64,000 bases of DNA from NCBI GenBank assembly GCA_012295275.1, contig CM022665.1, positions 19,468,001 to 19,532,000 on the forward strand, written 5' to 3'. Position 1 is the stretch's first letter. Each line of letters begins with the position of its first letter. The translations under genes and the position numbers were made by a program. Source of the stretch: Chrysomallon squamiferum. Its lineage: Eukaryota; Animalia; Mollusca. This document shows, in pieces, positions 39,681 through 55,200 of the stretch. A model generated the notes under the pieces. The model saw only the letters and a program-made list of their open reading frames with translations. It was not told where the DNA came from and made no database searches.

Positions 39681-42600
39681 TTTATTCAGTAAGGTAGAAA
39701 TAGGTATGTTTGTGGTACCTATTTTGTATTATCCTGAATTGACATTGGTTGAGCAAAAAACCAGCAAAGTATCAAATTTTTATATAAACTGAAATAGAAT
39801 TAATAGTTTTTATCAAATCCACAGTGTAAACAGAGTTATTTAACTCTCAAATTTAAGATAGGAGGACATTCTAAAACACATTACTATCAGTAAGTACATA
39901 AAACAAACATTTCACCTGAAAGAAACCAAGTAACAACCAGAACATTCTTAAAGGATTGTTCTTTCAGTGGTTTCAGCATGCAAAACACTGCCTTTTTTTG
40001 TTCTTTTTTCTTTTTCTTTTTTTGTGTCTGGTTGTTATGGATATGAATTTAAATTTAATTTGCACTGGTCATTTATAATCATGATATGGCAAAAAATATA
40101 TGTGAAACTGTTATAGACTGGCACTATGTATAAACCAGCATATTTCAAGTGATGCCAGTTTAGACAGAGTCAACTGTAAATCAAAAACAACAACTTAAGT
40201 TAATCCAAATTATGTCAATACACATAGAATTATTATTTTTTTAACTCTATATGCAAAATACTCATTACTGTTAAACAAAATAGTATAGTCATAAGATCTG
40301 TAATTCTTTTTTGTTCATTAACATTTAGACTAAAAGTGTGTTTATATATTTGCCTATTTTATCACTGGAAAATGTTATATATGAAACCATAAGTATTATT
40401 TTTGTATTTTTCCTTTCTCATATTTTTAGCTGACAATCTTTTCTTTTTTTTAAGCAAAATATATTTTATATCCCAATATTTTATAACTGTCTTTGCTTTA
40501 AAAATAAAATATACTTGAAACAAACCTTTTTGGAAAATTAGCAATCTACTTCTGAAAATTATTCTGATGTTTATTATTCTTCAGAAAAACTAAAAAGGCC
40601 ATTAACAGTCATATTTTAAATTTCCATTTTGTACATGGCCAGTGGCTTATACATATCTGCAGGGAACAGGATATCTTGCTTGCAGTAGTCAAAATGTAGT
40701 TCCTGCTCTAATATTGCACATTCAGTGGAAACATGTATTGTACAGTTTTAGTTAAAAAAAAAAAAAAGAAGGAAAATGTCAGGTTAAAAATATAATTTTC
40801 AGAATAGTTCATGAATAGTTCACTTAAGTGGTTGTAAATGTTTTAAAAGAATTCCAGTGATTTTTGAAAGCTGTATTCTGAAATTTTTCCACATATCACA
40901 AGCATTGTGATAAAACTTATCTTTTTAAACCAACAGTAGGTTTCTGTATAGTTATCACAAAACTGTTAGTTGAACAACCAGATCATTTAACATGTTTGAA
41001 CTGTTTTTAAAATTAAATATTATTTTATTGCTTACCTTGCCAAAAATATTAAATCGACTATACCTTTATTACTTTTAAATACATTTTTTTAATTTTTTAA
41101 TTTTATTTATTTATTTATTTATGATTCTCATAGCTGACAATTGAGTCATAAATTATGATTTCTTTTTTTTTTGTATTTTAAAAGAACAACAACAGGAAAC
41201 TATAATGATTTTGAAACTGTATTTTTTGAAAATTTTAGAATTTTGTTTCCTTTGTGAAATGTGTTTTGTCTTTTAATTTTCTGTGTGATTGTAACTGTCA
41301 AGATTACTGGATAAAGATGCAGTGTATAACTTTGTATCTTATGTATGTTATGGTGTATTGATGAACAAATATTAAGTTATTGTTAGTGACAAGAGAGAAT
41401 GGACAAATTAATTGTAATGATTCATTTCTTACTGAAGTAATATGATTTATTTGTATTGGTATTTAATTGTAGACTCAGTTTTATATTATTGAAAGGTAAC
41501 CAAAACCTTTCTTCAGAATTTGTGGAGTCATTGTTACTAGGTTAGTGGTGAATAGATACTAAGATTTTTTCTTTTATAAATATTATTACAATGTTTATTT
41601 TATGATGTAAGTAAAATAATTATGTTTTAAGTTTTAACATGAGTTGTATATCACATATTCATTTAACTTAAAATCAGGACTTGTTCTACAGGCTTTTACA
41701 TATGTTCACTGTATCAGTGGATTGTGATTTTATTTGAAACAAATAATAATAATAAAATAAAATTGTAAAAAGGAGCTACAGAAACTGTATTATTATTATT
41801 TATTATTATATTTATTTTTATTTATAAATCTGAGTATATTAGCTTATATTAAAAATATAAAAAGAAGTTATTTTATATATATAGATATATACATTTTTTT
41901 TTTTTTTTTTTTTTTTTTTTAAGTATTCAATACTGCCATTATGCTAGTCGAGGTCATTTTGCCTTAAATATTATGTGTTAAGCTAAGCTGTGTTATTATT
42001 TGGTATACAATAAATGATCTGTTTGACAGAAATGGTTGGATGTTTTACAAATAAACACATCAGCTTACTGCAAACTTCAGTATTTAAATAGATTTATTTG
42101 ATGCTGCTTAATTCATTTGTATATTTTGTTTTACATTGTCTTCAGCAGAATATCATTTTGATGGCAATTTCCCATATTATGGACGGGGTTTATCTTCCAA
42201 GACCTGAGTAAAACAGTGTTTCACTGTTAATTAACACTGACGTATAAATATTTTATTTATTATTTGGCCTGTTAAAATTTTATATATTTTGTTTTGATGT
42301 AACAGCTGGTAAAACGAATAAAATAAAATAAAATAAATAACTACTGGTATTTTTTTTTTTACAACTTGAAAGATAAAATTGGTTTGCAGTGTACCAGTAT
42401 GTGAGCATGCATGAGGAAAGTCTAAGTCACAGAATGTCTTTTTGTACAATGTTCATATAACCTCAATTTCATCAAAACAGTTGTTTGTTGTTTGTTTTTT
42501 TTTTTTTTAATTTTTTTTTTTTTTAATTGTGGTCTGATTTTATACATTAGATAATTTATACTGCAAAGAAAATATAGTTTTTATTATTTTTTTTAATTTT

Positions 42601-43383
42601 TTTTTTTTCACTCATTACATTTGATTTTTATCAAATCCGTACATGCTTTCTAGGGACAGTGCAAACTCAAAAATTAAACTGTTTGTTATTTCAATTTGTA
42701 TGTGTGTTTTGTAAATAAAATATAGTAATATCTGAAATTTCCTGTTACGGTTTTCTCATGCAGTATTTTACATACACTGTGACATGATTAAACATGTGAC
42801 ATGGAAGAAAGTGCAATTTGAAAATGTGTATGTATATAGTTTATTTTGCTGCTGCTGTCAAGCAGATGAAAGTATAATTGTTATAAAAAAGTGAAATACA
42901 AGTAAAAATCATTCAAATCATATCTTTATTTGTCAGTAATTAGCAATTTATTTGATTTAATATAACATTTAAAAGCAATTTGATACAGAAAAGTTTAGTT
43001 CAAGAAACAGATTTTGTCATTTTAATAATAACATATTTTCAGAGTAAATCATTCAAGGGCAGCAGTGATAACTCTATGACAAGAGTCCTTTATTCTGCCA
43101 GATTAATACTGTTATATACTTAAAGATCAGACCCATTATGATAATTGTTATGGCATTTACAATATAGTTTAAAACTTGTATATTGAGTCATGTCATATCC
43201 TATAAGGAAGAAAAACTGACAGGACCAACAAAAACTTTGAATTCTTAAGGCTCTGAAAAATAAATGTTTTGAGAGATTACATACATAAAACGTGTAACCA
43301 AGGTTCACAATGACCACAAAATTAGCCACTGGCATTTCAAAAATGCTGATCTGCGTTGTGCATTCTTACGATCGTTAAACATG

Positions 43384-43825
43384 TGTCAGGACCTCCCCCC
43401 CCCGCCACCCAGATATTCTCCCCAATCAATTCCCCCGGTCATTTCCCTCTAAGTTATTTCCCCACCTCGCCTATCTGTTTTAACTGTCAAATATCCTGGC
43501 TTATAGACTGGGAATCGTTCTGTTTAATCTCTAATTAACTGCAATTTTATACATGATATCTTTAATCTCCAATTAACTGAATAAAAACAAATCAACACCG
43601 CCTGGAAGTCCTCTGTGGTGTTGCTCACAATCTCCAGATGTAAAATGCGTCCAAAACATCATGTAAACCATACGCAATATGAACTGTTTCAAATAAACAA
43701 TTTATATTACATACAATTTTCTTTTTTTATCCAGTTAGTCTGTACAAGAGATCAGTTATCTTTGGCATGGTAGGCAGGGGGGAATTGTCACGGGGAAATC
43801 ACCAGGGGGGAGATACCCTAGAATC
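43384..43825. mobile_element. Probable MITE with C-rich left and G-rich right modular termini
   Basis: Left end has repeated ATTCTCCCC/AATTCCCCCGG/ATTTCCCC units. Right end has the mirror GGGGGGAATTGTC/CGGGGAAATC/GGGGGGAGATACCCTAGAATC. Exact ends and TSD not resolved. Confidence 0.55.
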
Positions 43826-44288
43826 ATTCGTGCCATTATCTTTGTTCGCATTATGTTGTTGATGCTGAATTTAAGAAAGATTCGGTTAATTCTTGGCAGT
43901 AGAATTAGGCAGTTTAAATATACAGGATGTCGAATACATCCAGTTTTGGGTACGTTCGTTTTGGTGTCTTCGTTGTTTTTCGCTATTTATGTTTCACATT
44001 GTTAAGTCAACCTAAAAGCAGTCGTGTTGAGCAATTATGCTTCGTCATTACGACTCAGACGTGGATTCAAATATTAGTGACAAGATATTATTAATTTTTT
44101 TTTTTCCTTCTGTTTTAATCAAAATGATATTGAATTTATAATTTAATTGTGTTTCCATAATGAAATACCAACGTAGGTTCTATACCAAGTGGCAGCGAGA
44201 TATCCGAAATCTCAGCGACCTGTACATTACCTGTCTTTTTTATCATCATTGTATATTTGTAAATTCATTGTCTTTTTGTTTTTAAAAG

Positions 44289-44959
44289 TTAAGATATTAT
44301 GCTATGTCGTCTTTGACTATGTTCAGATATTACTACATTTTCTATGACTGGCGCCAGTTTAATATTCGCTGCAGGAAATCGATCAGCAAAACGTTTTGCA
44401 GTTGAAGGTGACCATGTCTGAACGCTACAATCAAAATCGGATTTATCCCATTTCGCTGAATCTGTTGTAGAAAACGAAAAAGAAAATACATTAAAATTTA
44501 CACTGATTCTATTCAAAATAATACAAACAGAAAATGATATTTAGCTTATAAATTTGTCTCATCCGAAACAACAAAGCCCTAATGGTAATGCAAATTGTCT
44601 TTCGTATGAAGAGCACTATAATGTAGCATTACCTTACTTTGAATGTATTTTCTAAAACCTAGTAAATATTTCAAACGTAATTAAAGATAAAAAAATAAAC
44701 AACAAAAGTTAATATGGAACAAATTTAGTAATTTCCATAAACAGTGAGATATGACTAATGATGTCTTGCAAAGCTGCCAATCAGAACGTGTATTGAGATG
44801 AGTGGTACTGAAATTGATTAGACCATTTAGAATATTAGAAAGGATCTTAAACTTTGAATGGCAAGCGTTAAATGGAATATCATATCATACATCTAGTTTG
44901 TGTTTATAACGATTTTAAGGTAAAATATTAATTATAAATATTGAAATCATAAAGCTTTT

Positions 44960-45001
<42 letters not shown>

Positions 45002-46061
45002 TATGAAACTTCAAACCTGTAACAGTAACACTGGGGGTCATGCGAGATTTAACTTTAAATGCTGGCTCCGTTTCACCAAAGTACAGACCACGCAAACCAA
45101 GATAAGGAATAACAAGCCTTGCTGCCATCTTCTCTAATTTGAAGTAATTTTCACCGGGAAACAGATCTGGAACACCCTGAACGGATATTTATTTATTATT
45201 ATTTCCATTATTAACTATTATATTAAAATAAAACAGTGGATCAAACTTTAATTGGGTTAAATCTGTTATAACACTGGTTTTCAACCTTTTTCATACCTTA
45301 TGAGCAACTCAGTATGATCGATGACCCCCTTTAAAATTTTTGAATCGATAATATCTAGGGTTACCATATTTTCATCAACCAAAGACAATACAGAAGGAAT
45401 CTATATTCACCATGACGGGTCCCAAACCTATCTACACGTTTTTATTTATTCCTCCTTCCAAGTCAAGTTGAAAAAAGCTAAAATATACCCTCGCTCAAGA
45501 ACGATCTCGCGCACCCCAGAAAAAAGGCTGGTGACCCCTAGTTTGAAAACCTATGTATTATAATAACAGTCACAAATATGCAATTAATTATTTCACATTA
45601 ATATAATACAAAAGAGACACATGGTACCTGTAAAACCAGCACCATTTGTTTTATAGGAGGAACAATTTCGTGTCTGTAGTGTTCTATTGCATCTGAAAAT
45701 ATTTTAGAAATAAATTATTTTCGATAGTATCCATTTTATGATAGATTATTGAAATTTGAAGAACTAACAAGGCTTTTTATTTGCAGTTTGATAGATAACC
45801 ATTTAAAAACAAGTTTGTAAATTCGAAAAAAAGAAGAAAAAAATATTTCTATTTAATGGGTTTTTTTGGAGAAAAAAAAAGACAATATAAAATATACTAA
45901 TTTAATTCCATTCAAATTTCAGTTCAGTAGCTTTCTTAAACAAATATCATAATTACATTGTAACTTAAAAAGATAATTTATCAAATATATTTTTATTCTT
46001 TTTCCGTACTTACATTTTTTAATTTATATTTTATTTTATATACAAATATATATATATTGTT

Positions 46062-46097
<36 letters not shown>

Positions 46098-46146
46098 ATT
46101 GTTTTTATTTTTTGTTTTTGTTTTGTTGTATTTTTTTGTAGGTCTT

Positions 46147-46198
<52 letters not shown>

Positions 46199-46314
46199 TA
46201 TAAAGGCATCGCTGTTCAACTGTATTTTAATTTCTCCAGTACTAAAGTAATTCAAGCTTAGTATAAATTATTGTAGGTTTTTTTTCTTTATTTTATTTTT
46301 TTTTATTTTATTAA

Positions 46315-46351
<37 letters not shown>

Positions 46352-46587
46352 CACCATTTTTTATTTTCTTTAATAATTTTCTCTATTTTATTTATACATT
46401 TTTTCCTCTTACCTTCAATGTTCACTTTGAGTAGAACTATATTTCTAAATTCCAGTAGAGTGACATTTCGGACTGATACATCATGCGTCTGAAACAAAAT
46501 ACATGTAACAAATTGACAAAGATAATACTTTTTTTATTTATTTATTTTATTTATTTATTTATTTATTTATTATTTATTTATTATTTA

Positions 46588-46639
<52 letters not shown>

Positions 46640-47402
46640 AATATTATTTGTTGTTGTTCTTGTAAATTCTGTATTTGTATACCTGCACTCAAAAGTCTGT
46701 TTAGCATCAATTGCGGATTTCCTTGGTCATAAACGCGAAGAAAATAAATAAAGTTAAATGATTATCAATACACAAAAACTTCCCAGAAGAAAATGTACAG
46801 CACAAGCAGTGACCAACAGAGAACAACATATTTCATATCACCCCTGACAAGTAGCCACAAGCGAACGAAAAGAAGAATAAGATTAACAATCTTCAGAATC
46901 TAGTATCAAAAATGTACTGCACTATAAGTGGAAATAAAATGGTTATAAATGATTTTATTCTGAATGATATAGTCCAATTGTTTGTTGTTGTTGTTTGTTT
47001 GGGGGGGGGATGAGTTTTAATGATTTTTTTTTTCTTAAATGTTTCTCACATACGTGTCAACATTTTCTTTTTTTCTTTCTTTTTCTTTTTTTTTTTACTC
47101 TACTTAGGGATGATAATTAATGCGAACGAAATTTTTATGAATACATGATTTTATACCTTCTGTTACATTTGGCAAACGAAGTTAAGAAAAAAAATAAAAG
47201 ATTCTGCTCTCATTTGTAAAATGATTATTATATATGACGAAAATGCATTGGGTAAATGGCTAAATATAAGAACAGACATTTGCACTTTGCGAAACAATCC
47301 AATAAATTTGGGCTATTTCAAAATAAATCAATATGATGAATATGTTTCATTTAAGCACCTTTAAATAAATTTATGTTTAAATATATTATTATTATTATTA
47401 TT

Positions 47403-47444
<42 letters not shown>

Positions 47445-47938
47445 AATGATGCTGTTGTTTTTTAAAGAGAATGTTTTTTTTTCTTTCTTTCTTTGTTGTT
47501 AAAATGTACTTACAGGAAGTGGATACAACATGGATTCCAAAACGGGCAGGATATCCATGAAAAAATAGTTCCAGATTTCTGCAAGCATTTCCAGAAGTAC
47601 TGCCCCTGATTAATATACATTGTTAAATTAAATTTAAAAAAATAATGAAACTCAGCTTTAATGTGAAAAGTTGATTGGTATATCGTTTAGAAATATATTT
47701 TTGAGATGGATTTTCTTTGGATTTTATGGATATTCAATTGATGAAAATGACGAGAAAAAAAAACAACTTATTTACCTGTTTTATTTTTTATATTTTCTCG
47801 AAGAATAATCATTCCTTTCTTCAGTAACTGGTCCTGAAATTATGTCATAAAATTATGAAAAAAAATAAATAAATAAATAAATAAATAATAAAATTCCTTC
47901 GACAATAAAATACCTCAAAAGCACATGAAACAAATTAA

Positions 47939-47969
<31 letters not shown>

Positions 47970-49801
47970 GTCAAATTCCTGTTAAATAAAATATAACTAT
48001 GAGTTATAATATTATTTTATTATAATAATAATAATTATTATTACTTGATCTTATAAAATAAAAGTCACATTGTTCATATGAGAAATAACAAACCTTGTAA
48101 TAATCATAAATAAGAGATCCCATTTCCGTTTGCGACAAAGATCTGAAATAGATATGAATACTTCTTAAACCAAATTCTTTAAGTTAGAAATAATTATAAA
48201 ATACAAAATATAACAAGATATATACTGCTGATCTGCCGAGAACAGAAAGCAGCAACAACATGCGCCGTTTCGACTTTACGGCGGTAATCCCACAAATAAC
48301 AAAAAGAATAAATTTCGACTTAAAGCAGCGCGACGTAAAATTCAAACGTCGAGAGCGAGCTTGTTTGTGAGCGCGGCTGAAGAATACGCCATTATGTGGC
48401 GTTTATTTGGGAGAGGTGTCATCGCTTGGGTCCCAGAATACGCTGTTTGGGCAACAAGTGCTTTGTTTACATCCGCTGTCTCGCTTTTGTCTTTGTGGGT
48501 TTTTTGCGACTTTTTAGCCTTCAGTATGGCTCCCAAACGTATACTTGAACACGTGAAAGGATCAGCGCCCACGAAATCGTCTGTGATTACGAAAAAACGC
48601 ATTGTTCTTTGGCTGGAAGATCAGCATCAACACCGTATCCTAATTAGCCTCATGTTAATTCAAGAAAAGACGAAAGGTGAAGCTGCTAGTGGTGATGATA
48701 AAGCAGCTGGTGAGTTTCCTGAAGGGTTGGCTGAGATAATAAGGGAGAGGGCTAAAGTGCTTAACAAGTGTTTAAAGTGGACGGGACAGGCCTATTTTCG
48801 AAACGTATGTCTAATCGTACCTACATCGCCAAGGAAGAGAAGGCAGCACCAGGCCATAAAGCTGGTAACGAGAGACAGACTTAGCTTCTTGGGGTTAATG
48901 CTGCTGGCGTCTTAAAACTGAAGCACTTTCTGATCTACCAGGGTGAAAATCCAAGGGCACTAAAGGGCATTTGGAAGGTTCAACTTCCTGTCATTTGGAG
49001 GTCCAACAAGAAAGCCTCGGTAACACTTCAAATCTTCGAGGACTGGTATACCAACCATTTTTGCCAGAAGTTCTGAGGTACTGTACAGCCAAGGGTTTGT
49101 CCTTTAAGGCATTGTTAGTGCTAGATAATGCCACTAGTCAGCCTGCCCACATGGATGATTTTCATCCTAATGTTAAGATGCTTTTCCTTCCACCAAACAT
49201 CACAGCCTTTTTGCAGCCTATGGATCAGGGTGTTATTGCTTCCTTTAAGGCCTAGTACCTCCGCAAGAACTTAACCCTCAACCCGGGAACCCAGTGTCTT
49301 CACCATTAAGGGCTTTGCAGAAGGTTTCGCCCTCATTGACGAAGGGATGGCCAAGTTTGGGACTGAGGATCCCAACACTGCTAGGTACACAAAGGTCTTC
49401 CGAGGGGCTATGGATTGATTGCCTGCAGAGATATAGGTAAGATATACGAGGAGAAGATGATGGCGTCATTCTAGACTGGCCTGGAACATTGTTTCACTAA
49501 GGTAGAGAGGTCTGCAGCAGGTACTGGTACCTCAACTGTCACTTCAGTTCCTACTCCAGCCTCTCCATCTTCTTCAACTGAACCTGCTGTATCATATACA
49601 CCTTCTGTAGCGTCTCCTGCTCTATCGCCTGATTCCCCTGCTCCACTGTCTCCAGCACCTTCTACAAGTTCTCACCCTGCCTCTCCACCCTGCTCCTTCC
49701 ATCAAGTCAGTCTCTCCCTCCTTGCAACGCCCCTTCCAGTGTGCAAGCCGATCATAGGATAACAGGTAAAGAATTGTTTTCATTTTTTTATTATATTTTT
49801 A

Positions 49802-49853
<52 letters not shown>

Positions 49854-51758
49854 TTTTTTAAATTTTTTTTAATTTTTAATTTTTTTTTTTTTTTTGATCA
49901 CCTGTACAGAATGTACAGTTTCATTTATCATTTTGGGGATTGTTCTCATTTTTATGGTTTTTTTTTTTTTTTTTTTTATTACAGTTTCATTTTCGACATT
50001 TTTCTATACTATAGTTATGTTCTCCCTTTCATTTTCCTATGGCTTAGTGCTATTTCTTGATGTATGCTTTAGGGTGTTTTAGGTTAGGTAAGTGACTTAG
50101 GCTATGGTAATTCCAACTTGCATCGAAAATCGACTTACGTCAGACAGCAAGAACGGATCTCTCTGTATATCTATACACGTTGAACAAAGATTTTAGCAAA
50201 TCAGAATTAATAATTCGTGTTCTAGAAACATTTGACGCATTTTATTTAACATGTAGCAAATAAATTCGTGTTTTAGTATTTACTTAATGAAACAATACTG
50301 ACGTAATTAGTAAAGTTCCACTGGTCTAGTGATATTCAAAAGAAGTTAAAGCATATGATGTAGATTTAATAAGCCGATTCACTTATCTTGCAACAAAATG
50401 CCTTACCGAGCAGTCTCTTGCAGAGTTCCCAGTTCATTCTCCTTCAGTTTCTTCTTCTGAAACAGCTGAACTACAGCAACTTGAATACTGAAAATGTCAT
50501 GTAAATATATATATTTTTTTATTATTATTTTTTTGGTTTTGTTTGGTTGAATACAGTTTTGAAATCTTTTAATACTGAATGGTCTAATAAAAGTTATCTT
50601 CAATAAAAGTATCGTAAGTCAGTTTTAAAAATATGATTCATGTCTTTATGCTACCCAATACCTGCAACATGTTGTAAACAAACATGTATTTTGCTTAATT
50701 ATAATATTTTTTTAATTTAATTATTTTTGTTTTTGTTTCCAGAATACGGCAACTGAATGGAAATACTTGTCAGTTAATTGCTGATACACTAATTTCACCA
50801 TATTTATGCTGTACGTAAGCTAATATTAAAAACAAACGTGTGTTTGGTTAGTACATGATAATGAGATAATTATTAGAAAGGTATGTCACAATGACATCAT
50901 CCACTAATTGCAATAGATTCTAAATTTGTACAGAAATATTTAACCTTAGAAAGAGAAAAATCATTTAATATTAGAAATAAATTTATAAACAGACCGCACG
51001 AAAAATAAATTCATAGAGAGATTGCACAAAGTGTTCAAGACTACAAACGCAACTATACAGTTTAACGTATTTTATTCTGGTGATCATTTCAGATTTGATA
51101 TAAAAATGTTGTGCATTGTAACTGTGTTATAATCGGAGTATAAGGTTACACAGTGCAACGTGTCCCCGACGATGACATTCTTTCTAAATACATCAAAAAT
51201 TAGTCATCTCAAGTTAGAGTGAAGTCATAAATCTAATTTATAGCCTGTAGTTACAGGAAATGTGTCAAACATGCGTTCATTTCAGTAAGTAATAATAAGT
51301 CATATGACCTACAAAACCGGGCTTACGGCTAGTTTTAAAGTATTAAACGACATTAAGAAATTTGTATTAGTAAACATAATGCTATATATAGTTAAATAGT
51401 AGTGAATAATATAAATAATATATGATCTTATGAAACTTTTTTCTTTTGGTTTGTAAAATCTTATTTATGCATATTTATAAAGGAGATATTAATATCTGCA
51501 GAGAGGTGCAAACTGTTATGACAGTCTTTGTGGGATGTTTGTCGACTTGTCACGTTATATGAATTTTTACGCTTTTTCAAATCAGTGCTATGAGCAGACA
51601 GTCAGTATATCCGGTTTCACAACTCACTGCGAATGTGAATGAATATTTGTAAACAGTACGATAGTGTAACTTTATAAAGAAGCACTTTTTAATCAAATCT
51701 AATGAAAAAATTAAGTAATTACATTTTGACTTCATTATTCAGTCTAATCCCCACAACT

Positions 51759-51818
<60 letters not shown>

Positions 51819-52262
51819 TTGTGGGTCTCTTCATCTTCTTGCTTGTGAAAATTTTAACCAGTCTGTTTATAAATATGTAAAGAGTCCTACCTCTCCAGCT
51901 GTCCATGTTTGTTGGCAGCATCAGTGTGTGATGTTATTCCGAGAGTTGACAAGTTCGATCCTCTTCTTCCTCCACCAAGCAGCCGAGTACTGATATCAAC
52001 ATTGGCCAAGCTATGTCTGTTTGCAACAAGAAAAAAACAAAAACAAAAAAAACTTTAAAAAACAACAACATTCTAACTTAAACAGTCACAATGACCAAAA
52101 CAAAAAAGCAGGTTAATGTGTGCCTCATAAAATAATTTTACCCATTTATAATTTGCCGACTAGATATCCCACCTGATACCTTTGTATGTAATGACAGACA
52201 CTGATAGATAACTAACAAATGTATTTTTTTTTTTTTTTTTTTGTCACGCTGTTACCATGCTG

Positions 52263-52294
<32 letters not shown>

Positions 52295-55200
52295 AAAGAC
52301 CTAGAAATCAATTCATCCATTATTCATATATCTTTTTTTCTGTCCATCTATCCGTCTGGATGTCTATTTATATAAAAATATGAGGTGAGTTTCCTAGACG
52401 TCAATTGTCACTACTCAGTTGGCTGTAACGCACGCTGGTTGTGATTGTGGTGTGCTGCAGGCGATGATAACAGTCATGTGAACACTGCACTTTGTATCTT
52501 ACAAAGAACTATCACCAAAATGCTCCAGAGTATCGTGTGTATACGTATGTATGTTTGTGTGTATATGTATTAATAAGTGATAAACAGTCGAAAGTAACTA
52601 TCAGTGTTGACGTGTCGAGTATCATGTCTTGGTTATGCATAATAAAGTCACATATACACACACACATACACACACACAAACACACACACACACTAACTGC
52701 TTAAGTGTTGTATGTATGTATGCATTTGTCAGCAAAATAACGTCTAAAAAGATGTAGAACAAAGAAGAAAAAGCATTTTAACAATACTTAGCCTACATAT
52801 GACAGCCACACAAACATACACACACATACCTTGCACATACACACACAAAGACACACATGGACAGAGAGACACCAGTGTTATAATACACAATAAGCAGTTT
52901 GATAAAATATAAGATATTTGTCATCAGCAACAAACGATGTAGAACGGGCATTAATAAAGATTGACTATTACATATACAATGCTGTCATCTGGGAGTGATG
53001 TCGGAAAAAATAACAACGAAACTTTTGTTCTAAACATTAAAATGAGCTTCCTATTGTTCTCTTTTCATATGACGTCATAATATCAAATATCCTATAAAAG
53101 GAAGTGGTATACTGATGTAAACTTCTGATATTTTCCCCCATGCACGCAAATGTATTATTCCTTGAAGATAAATAACTGCTAATTGTTATGATTTTCTTTC
53201 TCCCTTTAAAACTGCTCTAAGACTTCAAATTAATATAATAACCTTATAACTGAATGTTTTATCAGTGGATTATAAACCAGCTGAACTTCTAATTTTTTTG
53301 TGTTAACCTTTCTTAATACGGTAACTGAGTGTTTATGCCAGCGATTAAAAGCCACATTTCTCCATACAACATAATGTCTAGGCAGGAATATGATTGTTGG
53401 GCAATAGAAAAGTTAACAGATGTTCGTTTTAAGGAATTGCTTCTAGCAAAGAAAGCCAGTACTGATGAAAAAAAAGAGGACTATTTCCAGCAAATGGATG
53501 ATTTAAACACTGGTAGACCATACTAGATTCGAATACTGAGTTGTGGAGAACCAGTATGTTTTCTTAGCACTGATTATATGTATGACGTTATTGTCTGCTA
53601 ACAGACAAAATTATTAAGATTTTGTTTAGAATGCTATCCTTACAGGAAAAATTAATGAATTTTGCAGAGTGCCAGAAGAAAAAAAAAAACCAAGTGCTAC
53701 AATAAAGGGAACTGTCGAAAGATTTTGGATCTTACACTAACATCCAAATGAGTAACAGAAGCAGCCTTTCAGGACAAATATTTAACTAGCATATTAAGAG
53801 CACGTTATATATTAGTATGAACTGGCTTGAGAAACAATCAGTAATAAAGTAATTACCGCAAGAATGACCTTAAAAATGTTGATATTCTGCACATGTAAGT
53901 TGATAGTGTATGTTTTCTTCTGAATATTAAGATATCAAAGTTAGTTTTGGGTTTTTGAAAAAAGACAAAAAAAAGACATGTTTACCTTTATAACAAGTAA
54001 TGCCAAATAATTCAGTATGGCTAGGCAGGAATATAAGTTGACTTTTGCTTGATAACTGATTTAGATTTAAAAAATAAAACAAAATAAAAATTAAAAAATT
54101 AAAATAATATAGACAAAAAATGATAGAATTATTTAATTTTAAAATCGATTTTTATTATAGCGCCTCGATTTAGAAACGTTATTTCAAGTCTGGGTTGGTT
54201 TTACTCGTAACATACACACACAAGTCCGATAATTCAGAATTAGCCAGTGTATAATTCAGAAAATTAATTAGTTGTAATATAATTAAAGCATAGCTGACAT
54301 AACAACTAAATACTTGGATCAACAGTGATAGAATTTGTTTCATTACTGGAAATAATCTGATGCTTCACAAAGGCTAAAGCGACAGAAGAGAGTCTGTTAA
54401 TGCTTTCGTTTTAAAAACAGTTGAGTTCAAGCTCAGTCATAGACGAGGAAAAGCATAATTTTGTGTGTGTGTGATTAATCATTATGTAACTTAATATACC
54501 ATCAGTTACACATTACATTCATTTACGTATTACAAAATTGTTATGTATCGCAGTTAATTAAAAATAACAAAAAGATATTTCTCGGGGCACTTCCTTGGCA
54601 AATCGAAATTTATTTGTTTTGTTGCTGTTACGAAGAATAGTTATCAAATTATTTTCGTCTCTGTTTGTAAGCAGAAAAAAATAAAAGTAATCGTAAGTAT
54701 GAGTCTAGATTACAACTACTACTACCACTCCTGCTGCTACTACAACTACTATTACTACTACTATTAATAATTTTTTGTTCTTTATTTTATTTTATTTTAT
54801 TTGCAGTATTTAGACAAACACATCATGGATTGCTATTTGAATGTAAATTTAACGTCGAAGTCAGCCAAACCGAAACATTACGTCACTTCATAATATAAAT
54901 ATCTTTCTATTTCGGCATTCAATTAAGTATTAGGGGGAAAAAATCGATTTTTATATTTATGGAACGTTTTTCTTCTTTTTCTTTTTACTTAAAGTTGTGG
55001 CTAAATGAAATTTATTTAAGCACAATTCACTGTAGTAACGTTTTTTAATTAAAAATTCGTGTCTACACAATTGTATTTTATATATAGAGAGAGAAAAAAA
55101 TAAATAAAACATAGCTTTTTAAAGGTGGTGTTGTGAGCAACAGAGAATGCTGCAAAAAAAGTAATTTTTTTATCAGTGTTAATTAATTTTGGTACAAGAA

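Noticed and set aside
46030-46360. Adjacent long poly-T/poly-A runs forming an apparent fold-back
   Set aside because: Low-complexity homopolymer region, likely slippage or noisy consensus. No informative structure.
48342-48915. 184-aa (+) and 86-aa (-) ORFs as independent genes
   Set aside because: They lie within the Tigger element and are partly out-of-frame readings of the decayed transposase.
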